A stretch of DNA of 64,000 bases from an uncultured cyanobacterium. Lineage in GTDB: Bacteria > Cyanobacteriota > Cyanobacteriia > CAKZMO01. A program made the translations under genes and the position numbers. Below the pieces are notes generated by a model that worked only from the letters and a program-made list of their open reading frames with translations, was not told where the DNA came from and did no database searches. Each line of letters starts with the position of its first letter. Within the stretch, counting starts at the first letter, position 1. The stretch covers positions 192,001 through 256,000 of the forward strand of contig CAVRCJ010000003.1 in assembly GCA_963719515.1 (NCBI GenBank). Direction: 5' to 3'. Positions 40,952 to 50,941 of the stretch are shown here, piece by piece.

Positions 40952-41919
40952 AGGTCTGTATTGTGGGGGCGGGGGCGATTGGGGGCTACATTGGCGCGAA
41001 GCTAGCTCTGGCCGGAACCGACGTGACGCTGATTGCGCGAGGTGCCCATCTAGAGGCGATGCAGACTCAGGGGCTGACCCTGGAGAGCGAGGGGGAGACA
41101 CAGACAATCCCGGTGACCGCCATGGAGGACATCCGCAAGGCGGGGATTCATAATGTGGTGATTGTCGCTCTCAAGGCTCACAGCGTCCCCAAAGTGGCCG
41201 AAGCGCTACCCGCTCTCTACGGCCCTGACACCCTGGTGATCACCGCCCAGAACGGCGTGCCCTGGTGGTACTTCCGCAAGCTCGACCACCCCAAACAGGA
41301 CTACTGCATCCAGTCCGTTGACCCCAACGGCATTGTGGAGGCCAACGTTCCTGTGGACCGGGTGATTGGCTGCGTGGTCTATCCCGCCGCTGAACTCTCG
41401 GCCCCCGGCGTAGTGCGCCACATCGAGGGCGATCGCTTCTCCTTAGGGGAGCTAGACGGCTCCAAGAGCGATCGCCTCAAGGCGCTGTCCAAGACCCTGC
41501 GTCAGGCGGGCATCAAGGCTCCGATGCGCAGCGAGATTCGCAACGAGCTGTGGGTGAAGCTGTGGGGCAACCTGGCCTTTAACCCCATCAGCGCCCTCAC
41601 CCGCGCCACCCTAGAAGATATCTGTCAGTATTCTCTGACGCGAGACCTAGCGCGAAACATGATGGAGGAAGCCCAGGCGATCGCCGAAAGCCTGGGAGTC
41701 ACATTCAGAATTCCCCTAGAGCAGCGTATTGATGGGGCAGAGCAGGTGGGCGCCCACAAGACCTCAATGCTGCAGGATATCGAGTCAGGGCGACCGACTG
41801 AAGTCGATGCCCTAGTCGGAGCGGTGGCCGAGCTGGGTCGCCTTGTGGAGATTCCCACCCCCCATATCGATGCGGTTTATGCCAGCGTCAAGCTTCTGGA
41901 AAAGACGCTGGCAGAATAA
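40948..41919 (+). CDS. panE: Ketopantoate reductase (ApbA/PanE) family oxidoreductase, PanE2-like
   Basis: GAGAIGG, QNGVPWWYF, WVKLWGNLAFNPISALT, HKTSMLQD..GRPTE; ATGA overlap with the ligase. Confidence 0.85.
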   Translation: MKVCIVGAGAIGGYIGAKLALAGTDVTLIARGAHLEAMQTQGLTLESEGETQTIPVTAMEDIRKAGIHNVVIVALKAHSVPKVAEALPALYGPDTLVITAQNGVPWWYFRKLDHPKQDYCIQSVDPNGIVEANVPVDRVIGCVVYPAAELSAPGVVRHIEGDRFSLGELDGSKSDRLKALSKTLRQAGIKAPMRSEIRNELWVKLWGNLAFNPISALTRATLEDICQYSLTRDLARNMMEEAQAIAESLGVTFRIPLEQRIDGAEQVGAHKTSMLQDIESGRPTEVDALVGAVAELGRLVEIPTPHIDAVYASVKLLEKTLAE

Positions 41920-41928
41920 CCCCGTGTC

Positions 41929-42426
41929 TCAGGCCGCCTGAGGCAGAGACTCGCCTCCCCGAGGCTTTCCCCAGTCTCTTCTGGCTGTAGCCTGCTCAAT
42001 CACCCGCTGCAGCCGAGGAATCTCGCCGCTGTTGTAAACCCGAAACTCGCCTTCTAGGGTGGCGTTAGTTTTTCGCACCGCTTGGTTAAGGACTAGGGAG
42101 CCTTGGGGATCGGAAACGGAGCGATGAAACGTGCCGGGTGGAATCCTCAGAATGTCGCCGTTAGCTTCAAGGCGCACCACGTGAAACGGCACGCGCCAGG
42201 ATAGGTTCACCAGACAAAACGTCCGCCCCCCGCTCAGCGCCAGCAGGTTGTCCTCCTGTCGGGGGTGGAGGTAGAACTGCCAGTTGTTGCGGGCGTCGTT
42301 GTTGGGGCTGACGGCGGGACCGTCGTGAGACACTAGATCGCGGGCGTTGGAGGTGTTGATGGTGATATCAAAGAACTTGACGCCCGGCGTGTCGCGAAAC
42401 TTCTGATAGGAGATGAGTTCAAACAT
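41929..42426 (-). CDS. RmlC-like cupin-fold protein (cyanobacterial family)
   Basis: FRDTPGVKFFDI, DLV.H..PAVSP, YLHPRQEDNL..LSG.R, IPPGTFHRSVS, NQAVR. Confidence 0.75.
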   Translation of the reverse strand: MFELISYQKFRDTPGVKFFDITINTSNARDLVSHDGPAVSPNNDARNNWQFYLHPRQEDNLLALSGGRTFCLVNLSWRVPFHVVRLEANGDILRIPPGTFHRSVSDPQGSLVLNQAVRKTNATLEGEFRVYNSGEIPRLQRVIEQATARRDWGKPRGGESLPQAA

Positions 42427-42761
42427 GGGAATTTCAGGGGGTTGCTAACGGCGTAAGCGAAAATTAGCCATCGGACAGCGCAGAGCTTGTGAATAGAGAG
42501 CAGGTGGCAGTCTGACCTTGAGATCTATTCGCAACCGAGATAGGTGAATCCGCGCAGACTTCACGGTTAAAGTCTGTCAGTCGCCAGTGGTATCAGCCAA
42601 AAAATTGAGGGCTAGCTCAGGGCAATAGAAGGAGACCTGCGATAAAAGGCGCTAGGCCTAAGGTGGGCGGTTCACGAGCGAAAGCGCTAGTCTTTCCTTA
42701 AGTTCGCTTATCAATACGCTAACAAGCAGCTCCCAATGAGATCAAAACAGTTCGCGACTTA

Positions 42762-42786
42762 TATCTATGCGATCTGCGCATAGATA
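42762..42786. promoter_or_regulatory. LysR recognition site (perfect 10-bp-arm palindrome)
   Basis: TATCTATGCG-ATCTG-CGCATAGATA containing T-N11-A, ending 6 bp before the LysR start. Confidence 0.75.
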
Positions 42787-42792
42787 AACGTA

Positions 42793-43677
42793 ATGAACAT
42801 TTTACATTTCCAGATTCTGGCGGCGATTGTCGAGCACGGCAGCTTCTCCGGCGCGGCGGTTCACCTCGATTTGTCTCAGTCTGCCGCAAGTCGGGCGATC
42901 GCCGCCCTTGAAGATGAACTCGGGGTGACGCTGCTCGTGCGCGGGCGCTTCGGTGCGCGGCTAACGCCCGTAGGGGAAAGGGTGATGAGCCACGCCCATC
43001 AGATCCTGCAGGGGCAGGAGCTCATTGAGGCTGAGGTGAACCTGCACAAAGGACTCAACAGCGGACACCTGCGCATTGCCTCATTTCGCAGCGCCGCCAC
43101 CCACGTTTTGCCGCCGGTCATTGCCCAGTTTCGTCAGCGGTTTCCCGGCGTAGATATCTCCTTAGATGAGCTTGATCCGCTGGGGGTGGAGCGGGTGCTA
43201 CGGTCGGGTGCTGCCGATATCGGCATGCTGCCGCTCCCCCGCTCGGAGGAATTTGAGACCTGGGAGGTAGAGCGGGATGAATACGTCGTGCTGCTGCCTA
43301 GCCAGGTGTCTCTCCCAGAGCAGCTGAGCTGGGAGTACCTGTCGCTTCACGAGTTCATCTTATATAACTACGCCGAATGCACCTCGGCGGTGCGCAAGCA
43401 CTGGGCGCACTGGGACCAGGTCCTCAACATCGCCTACGAAATTAAAGAAGACTCCACCATCGTCAGCATGGTGGCTCAAGGTCTAGGGGCCGCCATTTTG
43501 CCCCGGCTGACGGCGCTTCCCATTCCGCCGACGGTGCAGGTGCGATCGCTCCCCGTTCCCCTAGAGCGCGTGGTAGGGGCCGCCATTGTGGCCAACTCCC
43601 TACAGCCGCCCACTACCTTCGTGTTTTTAGACTTACTGCGGGGCCAGAGCGTATTTAAGCGCGATCGCACCGGATAA
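42793..43677 (+). CDS. LysR-family transcriptional regulator
   Basis: GSFSGAA..L.LSQSAASRAIAALEDELGVTL, LTPVG, MVAQGLGAAILP. Confidence 0.95.
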   Translation: MNILHFQILAAIVEHGSFSGAAVHLDLSQSAASRAIAALEDELGVTLLVRGRFGARLTPVGERVMSHAHQILQGQELIEAEVNLHKGLNSGHLRIASFRSAATHVLPPVIAQFRQRFPGVDISLDELDPLGVERVLRSGAADIGMLPLPRSEEFETWEVERDEYVVLLPSQVSLPEQLSWEYLSLHEFILYNYAECTSAVRKHWAHWDQVLNIAYEIKEDSTIVSMVAQGLGAAILPRLTALPIPPTVQVRSLPVPLERVVGAAIVANSLQPPTTFVFLDLLRGQSVFKRDRTG

Positions 43678-43705
43678 TAGGGCCATCGCGCTCAAGGTAT
43701 TGGCA

Positions 43706-45232
43706 ATGCACAAGCGGACCCTCCCCGTCGGGACTGTTGGCCTCGTTGCCGGGGCCATCTTTGTGGGCCTGCTGCTGCGGGTTGTAGGCCTAGCAGACAA
43801 CGTCTACTGGGTGGATGAGGTCCACACGGCGCTGCGGCTGGCGGGCTACACCAAAGAAACCGTCGTCCCCCTGCTTACTCAGCCCACTACCGCCGGTGAG
43901 CTGACGCCGTTTCAGGGCACCGCCGCCGCCCTTCCCGACACCCTGCGGGCTCTGGCCCAGCACCCCGAGCACCCGCCGCTCTATTACCTTATGGCCTGGG
44001 GTACCCTGGCGCTGGGCCGCTCGGCCTTGGGCTTTGTCGGCGGACTGCGAGGAGTGAGCGTCTTTTGGGGGCTGTGGGCGCTGCCCGCCACCTACTGGCT
44101 GTGCTGGGAGCTCTGGCGATCGCCTCGGGTGAGCGCCCTAGCGCTGGCGCTGGTGACCCTGTCGCCGCTGCATGTGCTCTACGCCCAGGAAGCACGGGAG
44201 TATAGCCTGTGGACGAGCATGATTTTGTTCTCCAGTGCGGTCCTGCTGCGATCGCTGCGGCGGGGGGGCGGGGGGAGGTGGGCCGTGTACGGCATAACGG
44301 TGGTGCTAGGTCTCTACAGCCATCTGCTGTTTGGCGTGGTGATGCTGGCCCACGGCAGCTATGTCTTGATCACGACCCGGTCTAAACCTGGGCGGTGCGG
44401 GGCCTATGTCCTAGCCACAGCGCTGGCGATCGCCGCTTTTTTGCCCTGGGTTTGGGTGGGGCTGCAGCGGCTGGGGCAGATGAGCGCCGTGGCCGACGCG
44501 GTGCAGCGGGACACCTCGCTGGGCTACTTGATCAACGTCTGGAGCCGCAATCTCAACCGCGTATTTTTTAATGGCGACTGGGGCACCGCCAATTTGCTGA
44601 TTTTGGGGCTAGCGCTCTACGGCCTCTACTTTCTCTGGCACTCATCGCCCCGTCCCGCCAGCGCCCTATTTGTTGGCCTGCTGGTCGCTATTCCGGCCTT
44701 GACCCTGCTGGTGCCTGACCTAGTTTTGGGCGGCATTCGCTCCACCCGCATCCGCTACCTGATTCCGGTCTACCTAGGGGTGCAGCTGGCGATCGCCCAC
44801 CTGTTTGTGGGGCAGCTGCAGCGGCGGCGGAGCTGGGCAAAGCAGATCTGGGGGTTGGGTCTTGCCGCTATTTTGCTGGGGAGCGGCGGGGCGAGTTTGG
44901 CCAGCACCCAAACGCCTCTAAGCTGGGCCAAAAGCGATAAATCGGCCTACTACCCCGCTATGGCAGAGGCCATCAACGCCAGCGAGGCCCCTTGGGTGAT
45001 CAGCGATTCCTCTGTGACCTACCTGCTAGCTCTGGCGCGATTGCTCAAGCCGACGACAACGCTGCAGCTTGTAGAGGCCTCTAATCTGGGGTCGCAGCTA
45101 GGACCAACGGTCTTTTTGTTTGACCCCTCCCCTCCGCTAAAACGCGCGATTCGACGTCGCTATGGGCCGCTGCAGCTGCGGGTAGAGCAAAATTCTGGCT
45201 TTCAGCTGTGGCAGCTGAGGCCAAGCCAGTGA
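43706..45232 (+). CDS. GT39/PMT-like membrane glycosyltransferase
   Basis: YWVDEV, EHPPLYY, SPLHVLYAQEAREYSL, RYLIP. Confidence 0.88.
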   Translation: MHKRTLPVGTVGLVAGAIFVGLLLRVVGLADNVYWVDEVHTALRLAGYTKETVVPLLTQPTTAGELTPFQGTAAALPDTLRALAQHPEHPPLYYLMAWGTLALGRSALGFVGGLRGVSVFWGLWALPATYWLCWELWRSPRVSALALALVTLSPLHVLYAQEAREYSLWTSMILFSSAVLLRSLRRGGGGRWAVYGITVVLGLYSHLLFGVVMLAHGSYVLITTRSKPGRCGAYVLATALAIAAFLPWVWVGLQRLGQMSAVADAVQRDTSLGYLINVWSRNLNRVFFNGDWGTANLLILGLALYGLYFLWHSSPRPASALFVGLLVAIPALTLLVPDLVLGGIRSTRIRYLIPVYLGVQLAIAHLFVGQLQRRRSWAKQIWGLGLAAILLGSGGASLASTQTPLSWAKSDKSAYYPAMAEAINASEAPWVISDSSVTYLLALARLLKPTTTLQLVEASNLGSQLGPTVFLFDPSPPLKRAIRRRYGPLQLRVEQNSGFQLWQLRPSQ

Positions 45233-45238
45233 CGCGAA

Positions 45239-47437
45239 CTAGGGTGATGGATTAGAGGTGTTGGATTCTGGCGCTGGCGCGGAGCCCGATTCGGGCCGCT
45301 CAGGCTGAGCTGGGGCGTTGGGCGGTGTCCCGTTGGAGCCCGCTTCGGGGGAAGCGGCGTTGGCGGGGTTATCAGCAGGATTTGCGTCGGGTGACTTCGT
45401 GTCGGGTGAGGCTGCATCTGACGGAGTTGCATCGGAGGCGGACTCATCAGGGGATTCTGCATCGGGTGACGCTTCCGGCGACGCTTGCCGCCGTGGTCTA
45501 CTCGGGGGCTCTGGCGGCGCGGGCTGGGTGACCACGTCGGCAGAAATATTGAGCTGGTAAGAAATGGTGTCCGACGCCGTTGAAATGACAACCACCTCGT
45601 AAGCGCCGGTCTGGGGCAATCGGCCTGACCAGGTGACATTCCGAGACCCCTCTAGCAGCGCGGGCTGCTCGGCGGTGGGGCTGGGGAGGTAAACCGACAG
45701 CCGCGTCTTTCCCTGCGGTGCCTCTAGGTTGAGGCGTAGAAACTGTCCGGCGGAGAGCTCCATGACGTAGATTTGGCCTGACCCAGGAGCCAGTAAACCG
45801 CTTACCCGCTGCCGGTAGTCTCCGTCAGCAAAGCTTAGGGTCGACAGGGTTTCACCCGAGCGCAGGGCTGCCAGCTGGTCCAACGCTATGCCGTACCACA
45901 CCTGACCGATGGGCTGCTCAAAGATGGCCTCACCGCGCTGCTTGGGAAAAAGCTGAAAAAATTTGGCGTCAGTGAGGTCGTCCAGCGCTCGTCGACCCAC
46001 CAGCAGCTCGTTGACGGCTTGGGTCCAGCGGTCAAGATCAGCCGGGATAAAGCGGCCTAGCCCTTGCCTTGCCTGGGGGCTCAGATGAACTTCAAATAGG
46101 GTGAGCCACTCCGCGGCGATCGCATCCCAGCGAGCGCGCCACTCCGCATCTTCCGGCCCGTCGGTCAAGGCACGACCCCGCTGTTGGGGGTAGCGCTCGT
46201 AGAAGGTGCTGTCGGTTAGCTTGATCAAGTAGCTGCTATCGACGCCTAGATTAGCCTGTCGAGTTCGCAGGTCATCCCGCCGCGTTTCCTCGCGACTGGC
46301 CGAGTTGCCCGACTGGAGAATGCCCTCTGGCAACAGGCGATAGCCCGCCCAGCTGCCCAAAACCGCGATCCCCAGGGCTAGGCCAGCAATGATCAGGCCG
46401 CGGTTTGGGCTAGACGACGGCGCTGCCGGCGGAGACGCCGCCGTAGAAGAGAAGCTAGGCCGAGCGATGGAGGCCTCTGAAGCCGCAGTTCTGCGATGGT
46501 AGCGAACGGCGCTATCGGCCTCACGGCTAAGGGCAACGCGCACCTGCTTTGCCGTCTGGAAGCGATCGCGGGGATTGTCCGCCAGCATCTTTTCAAGGAT
46601 GACCGCCAGCCGAGGGGCAACGCTCACGTGCTGAAGCCAGGCGCTAGAAGATTTAGAGCCGAGCAGGGTGTGGGCCGGCTGCCCGGTGAGCAGCACCAGC
46701 GCCGTAGCGGCGAGGGCATAGAGATCGCTATGGGGATAGGTCTGCCCATGCTGGATTTGTTCGTAGGGGGCAAAGCCCACTTTCCCCACCAGCGTGACCG
46801 GGGTCGGGTTGGCCACGGCGGTGACCACCTGCTTGACGCCGCCAAAGTCAATCAAGATCGGGAGTCCATCCAACGCCCGCATCATCAGATTATCGGGCGA
46901 AATATCCCGGTGGATGACGTTGACGCTGTGGATATATTCCAGCACGGGCAGCACGTCTAGGAGAAACTGATGGACTTCCTCTTCTGTAAAGGTCTGCCCC
47001 TGCTGCTGCCGCTGGTCAAGCAGCGTCTGGTAGGTGCGACCATCCACATAGTCCTGCACTAAAAACAGGCGCTCGCGCCGCTCAAAGTTGGCCCGCAGCA
47101 GTTCTCTAAAGGTGGGAATCTGGGGGTGCTGCAGCTGATACAGCACGCCAGCCTCGCGCTCAAACAGCGTCTCGGCCTTTTGTAGCGCCTCGTCTCCTTC
47201 GACGTAGGGCGCAAATTCTTTGAGCACGCACAGCTCATTGAAGCGGTAGGTATCCTCTGCCAGGTAGGTGCGGCCAAACCCGCCCTCACCGAGCTGATAC
47301 TGGAGCCGATAGCGCGAGCCGATCAGCGATTCTGGCGCAGGAGAGACCCCTTGCGCCGCCGGTAGCGGCGTGCCGCAGGCGGAGCAAAACTGACTATGGT
47401 CGGGGTTGGCGTGGCCTTTTGAGCAATATTGGGACAT
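45239..47437 (-). CDS. Ser/Thr protein kinase with N-terminal zinc ribbon, TM segment and extracytoplasmic PPC-like domain
   Basis: CxxGH..FCxxCG, LGEGGFGRTY, VLKEF, HRDISPDN, IDFG, APYEQ, SDLYAL. Confidence 0.93.
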   Translation of the reverse strand: MSQYCSKGHANPDHSQFCSACGTPLPAAQGVSPAPESLIGSRYRLQYQLGEGGFGRTYLAEDTYRFNELCVLKEFAPYVEGDEALQKAETLFEREAGVLYQLQHPQIPTFRELLRANFERRERLFLVQDYVDGRTYQTLLDQRQQQGQTFTEEEVHQFLLDVLPVLEYIHSVNVIHRDISPDNLMMRALDGLPILIDFGGVKQVVTAVANPTPVTLVGKVGFAPYEQIQHGQTYPHSDLYALAATALVLLTGQPAHTLLGSKSSSAWLQHVSVAPRLAVILEKMLADNPRDRFQTAKQVRVALSREADSAVRYHRRTAASEASIARPSFSSTAASPPAAPSSSPNRGLIIAGLALGIAVLGSWAGYRLLPEGILQSGNSASREETRRDDLRTRQANLGVDSSYLIKLTDSTFYERYPQQRGRALTDGPEDAEWRARWDAIAAEWLTLFEVHLSPQARQGLGRFIPADLDRWTQAVNELLVGRRALDDLTDAKFFQLFPKQRGEAIFEQPIGQVWYGIALDQLAALRSGETLSTLSFADGDYRQRVSGLLAPGSGQIYVMELSAGQFLRLNLEAPQGKTRLSVYLPSPTAEQPALLEGSRNVTWSGRLPQTGAYEVVVISTASDTISYQLNISADVVTQPAPPEPPSRPRRQASPEASPDAESPDESASDATPSDAASPDTKSPDANPADNPANAASPEAGSNGTPPNAPAQPERPESGSAPAPESNTSNPSP

Positions 47438-47513
47438 ATGCTGCAGAAACCAGAACGATCAACAGAAGAGCGTAGGGTGAGAGGCACAGAGCAAAAGTGC
47501 AGCGGGGGAGCCG

Positions 47514-48317
47514 TCAATCGGCAGCCCCCAGAGGATGCTTGGCGGGAACGCCGACGTCGCGGGGAAAGTGATCCGGCGTCAGGGCAGTTTTGTGGAGCAT
47601 AATGCAGTGGCGATCGCTCTGGGTAAGCGGCGTCGTGAACTGATCCACCTGCTGAATTTTACCCCCTAGCTGCTGCACCACTGGCGTGAGCTGAGCCGTT
47701 TCCTCAGATGACCATTGCCCTCTATAGAGGATGGCGCTGCCCCCTATCTTCAGCAGCGGTAGGGCATATTCCGCGCAGACGGCTGCTGGGGCCACCGCCC
47801 GAACTAACGCCAGGTCGTAGCGCTCGCGGTGCTGCGGCAGCTGCCCTACGGCCTCCGCCCGAGCAGCTAGGGGAACGGCATTGGTGAGGGCGAGATAGGA
47901 CAGTGCCTCACCCACAAAGGCAATCTTCTTTTTGGTGGAGTCCAGCAGGGTTACCGTCCAGTCAGGGCAGGCAATGGCGACAGGAAGTCCGGGAAACCCT
48001 GCCCCGCTGCCGATGTCAATCACCTGCCACGGACTAGACCGTAGTTCAGAGGTAAGGAAGGGCTGAACGCCTTTCAGGGAGTCCCACAGGTGCTTCTCCC
48101 AAAAGTCGTCGGGGGTGGTCACGCGGGTCAGGTTCATCCGCTGGTTGCCGAGCAGCACCGCTTCGTACAGCCGCTGAAAGCAACGCTGCTGCTCCGGGGT
48201 AGGAGACCAGCTTAAATCAGGCCATTGGATCGAGAGTTCGGGGCCAGCGGGTGGATTGAAAGGAGGAGCTGAGGACATACGGGTAGGTAGCGCATTAAGC
48301 GGGGCGTTTGAGGGCAC
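47514..48317 (-). CDS. rsmG: 16S rRNA m7G527 methyltransferase RsmG (GidB)
   Basis: NLTRV, KHLWDSL, DIGSGAGFPG, LLDSTKKK, RAE, RAVA; start uncertain. Confidence 0.95.
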   Translation of the reverse strand: MPSNAPLNALPTRMSSAPPFNPPAGPELSIQWPDLSWSPTPEQQRCFQRLYEAVLLGNQRMNLTRVTTPDDFWEKHLWDSLKGVQPFLTSELRSSPWQVIDIGSGAGFPGLPVAIACPDWTVTLLDSTKKKIAFVGEALSYLALTNAVPLAARAEAVGQLPQHRERYDLALVRAVAPAAVCAEYALPLLKIGGSAILYRGQWSSEETAQLTPVVQQLGGKIQQVDQFTTPLTQSDRHCIMLHKTALTPDHFPRDVGVPAKHPLGAAD

Positions 48318-48960
48318 GTCGAAGGGAATCGAGGTCGGCGGCGGTAAGCTGCCCGTGGTTGAGCGTCCAAGCGCGATCGGCGATAGAGATCAGCTCGGCG
48401 GCATCGTGAGTCACCACCAGCAAGCTCCACTGCTGCTTGAGCTTGGTCAGCAGCTGCACGAGCTGTCGGCGCATTGACCAATCTAGCCCAGCAGTGGGTT
48501 CGTCTAGCAGCAGCAGACAGGGCTGGCGCACCAGCTGCACCGCCAACGATAGACGCCGCTGCTGGCCGCCGCTGAGAGATTGGGGCGGGGTGTCTAAGGG
48601 CAGGTGTCCTAGCCCCACTGACGTTAGCACAGCGGAGATTTTGTCATTGTCGAGCTCGGGGTGACCCAGCCGCAGCTCGTGGAGAACGGTGCTGCCGCAA
48701 AAAAAGCGCTCTGGGAACTGAAACACGAGCCCTCCCAGCTGCTGCAGCTCGTCATTTGACAGCTTCTGTTTACGCCAGCAGACGGTGCCCGAGGTTGGCG
48801 AGGCAAGTCCGGCCAAAATCTCCAGCAGCGTACTTTTCCCAGACCCACTGGGACCAACCACCAACCCTAGCTGCTGGGGCGAGAGTTCGAGGTTGACATC
48901 CCGTAAAATCGGCTCTGAAGCAACCGCCGGGTGGTAGACCAAATTGTTGATGTAGAGCAT
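48295..48960 (-). CDS. ABC transporter ATP-binding protein (ECF/CbiO-like)
   Basis: GPSGSGKST, FQFPER, LSGGQQRR, LLLDEPTAGLD, VTHD. Confidence 0.93.
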   Translation of the reverse strand: MLYINNLVYHPAVASEPILRDVNLELSPQQLGLVVGPSGSGKSTLLEILAGLASPTSGTVCWRKQKLSNDELQQLGGLVFQFPERFFCGSTVLHELRLGHPELDNDKISAVLTSVGLGHLPLDTPPQSLSGGQQRRLSLAVQLVRQPCLLLLDEPTAGLDWSMRRQLVQLLTKLKQQWSLLVVTHDAAELISIADRAWTLNHGQLTAADLDSLRRALKRPA

Positions 48961-49251
48961 GGATTAAGCAGCCGCTAGGGGGGCATTCGGTCAAGGAGAC
49001 AACTCTCCTCAGCCTACACAACTTATCTCCCTCTCGACCTGAATAGAGGCGAGCAGCCTGTTTGGCGCTGTTCGCTGCGGGAAATGCTTATCTCTAAGTG
49101 ACCCTCAGGCTGCCCCTAAAGTTGCACCTCGTCTCTCGCCCACCTGCTGTAGCCAATTTGACAAGGTGGCTGAAATGCCCTGTCGTATTTCAGATTCAGA
49201 CCTTAAAATGGGGGCGCAGCAGCGCTGTTCAGCTCGACAAGTAATCTCATT

Positions 49252-50238
49252 ATGCCAATGACTTATCTTACGCCTCGTACCCCAACGTATCGCGCTCGAA
49301 TGTCCTGGCCCCGAAGACTGACGCTAGCCGCAAGCACTCTCTCCTTGGCGATCGCCACCGCTATGCCCGCGATCGCCGACCCGTTTCGCGCTGAGGCCTC
49401 TCGTCAGTTTGACCCGGCGGCAGAAGCCGCGTTTGACGCCATGTTTAAAGCAGGGGACTACCGGCAGGCAGAGCAGCTCTTGCAGAACGCCAGTGAGAGC
49501 GAACCCATTACCCACGCGATGCAGGCGACGTTAGCTTACCTGAGCGAAGACTGGAATGCTTTGGGTCAAGAAGCGGATCAAACTCTTGCGAGCGCCGCGC
49601 AGCTCATGGCACAGGATCCTCTGCGGGGCCACCTCTACACCGCCGTGGGGCACTTCATGCAGGGCGGCCACGCCCTCTCAACCCAGGACGCCGTCAGCGC
49701 CACGCCGCTGGTACTCAACAAGCTGCGGCTGGCCTTTAGCCACTTCGACCAAGCCGCTGAAATCGATGCTAGCGACCCAGAGCTAAACCTAATTCGAGGC
49801 TATGTGGACCTGCTGCTGGCGGTAAATCTACCGTTTTCTAGCCCGGATGAAGCGATCGAAAAATTCAGCAGCTTTGGCGCTCCGCCCTACCTAGTGAGCC
49901 GGGGTTTAGCGATCGCCTACCGCGACCTCAATCGATACGACCAGGCGATCGCCGCTGTAGACCAAGCGCTACAGCAGACCCCCGACAACCCAGACCTGTA
50001 CTACCTCAAAGCGCAAATTCTGCGGCTTCAGGGAGATCTAGAGCCCAGCGTGCAGCTCTTCAACCGTGCCCTGAGGCAACAGGCGCAAATGCCGCCAGAC
50101 CTAGCCGACCAGATCGCCCGCGAGATGTGCCGCGCCCGCCGTGACTTAGAAGGTCAAGGCCCCAACTGCGACAACTGGGTGAGCCGCTGGCGAGAGCGGA
50201 TAGACAGTCGCGCCAGCAGCCAACGCAATCAGAGCTAG
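49252..50238 (+). CDS. Sll0314/Alr1548-family TPR-repeat protein (secreted)
   Basis: Signal peptide, DPFR, DPLRGHLYTAVG, DPELNLI.GY.DL.LAVNLPF, TPR motifs. Confidence 0.85.
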   Translation: MPMTYLTPRTPTYRARMSWPRRLTLAASTLSLAIATAMPAIADPFRAEASRQFDPAAEAAFDAMFKAGDYRQAEQLLQNASESEPITHAMQATLAYLSEDWNALGQEADQTLASAAQLMAQDPLRGHLYTAVGHFMQGGHALSTQDAVSATPLVLNKLRLAFSHFDQAAEIDASDPELNLIRGYVDLLLAVNLPFSSPDEAIEKFSSFGAPPYLVSRGLAIAYRDLNRYDQAIAAVDQALQQTPDNPDLYYLKAQILRLQGDLEPSVQLFNRALRQQAQMPPDLADQIAREMCRARRDLEGQGPNCDNWVSRWRERIDSRASSQRNQS

Positions 50239-50245
50239 CGCCAGG

Positions 50246-50836
50246 CTAGGGTTCGAGCGAATCGAGGTCGACCTGTGGCATTGTAACCGGCACCGTGGCA
50301 GGGCCGTCTAAGCCGGGAATGAATAGGTCAGCTGCGGAGGAGCTGGCCTGAATGCACTCATTCATAATCCTGCGGGGATCAACCTGTACCGCGTCTTGGA
50401 CGCCGGCCACGCAGGCAGAGAAGCGGGACGGCAGCAGGCTACGGGTGCAGTAGGCCAGCGCATCATTGGAAAACTGTTGGTCAAACGCGCTGTCGACGTC
50501 GACGACGCATTCAGAGAGCTCCTCGGGACGCCGCACCCGCAGACAGGCTCCTAGCGCGGCGTCGGCAATGATTGAGGTGTCACCTTGGATGCCGGTGACG
50601 CAGTTGGCCACCTGATCGGGGTTGAAGGCCGACGCGCATACGTCAACGGCCTGGGCGGCCTCAATGCCCGAGTCCTGTAGGTCACTGGCGCAGTCGCTAT
50701 AGTCGCCAGCGCTGATAGAGTCTTCTGGATTAATCAAGCCAGCCGGATCAAAACCGGCTAGAGCCACCGGGCTGATGATGCCTTGGCCTAAGACCCCTAC
50801 GGCGGCGATCGCGCCAGCAAAAGCAAAGCGTTGCAT
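50246..50836 (-). CDS. Secreted Cys-rich repeat hypothetical protein
   Basis: Signal peptide; repeated helix-Cys pattern (CLRVRRPEELSECV, CTRSLLPSRFSACV). Confidence 0.8.
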   Translation of the reverse strand: MQRFAFAGAIAAVGVLGQGIISPVALAGFDPAGLINPEDSISAGDYSDCASDLQDSGIEAAQAVDVCASAFNPDQVANCVTGIQGDTSIIADAALGACLRVRRPEELSECVVDVDSAFDQQFSNDALAYCTRSLLPSRFSACVAGVQDAVQVDPRRIMNECIQASSSAADLFIPGLDGPATVPVTMPQVDLDSLEP

Positions 50837-50941
50837 AATTCATTCCTGTAGAGCGATGTCTATACCTAATCCTGACACGCCAAGCGTTATCCTGACGCTT
50901 TTAAAAATGCCGCGATTGTCCTGCAGGACTAGGCACGAGGG

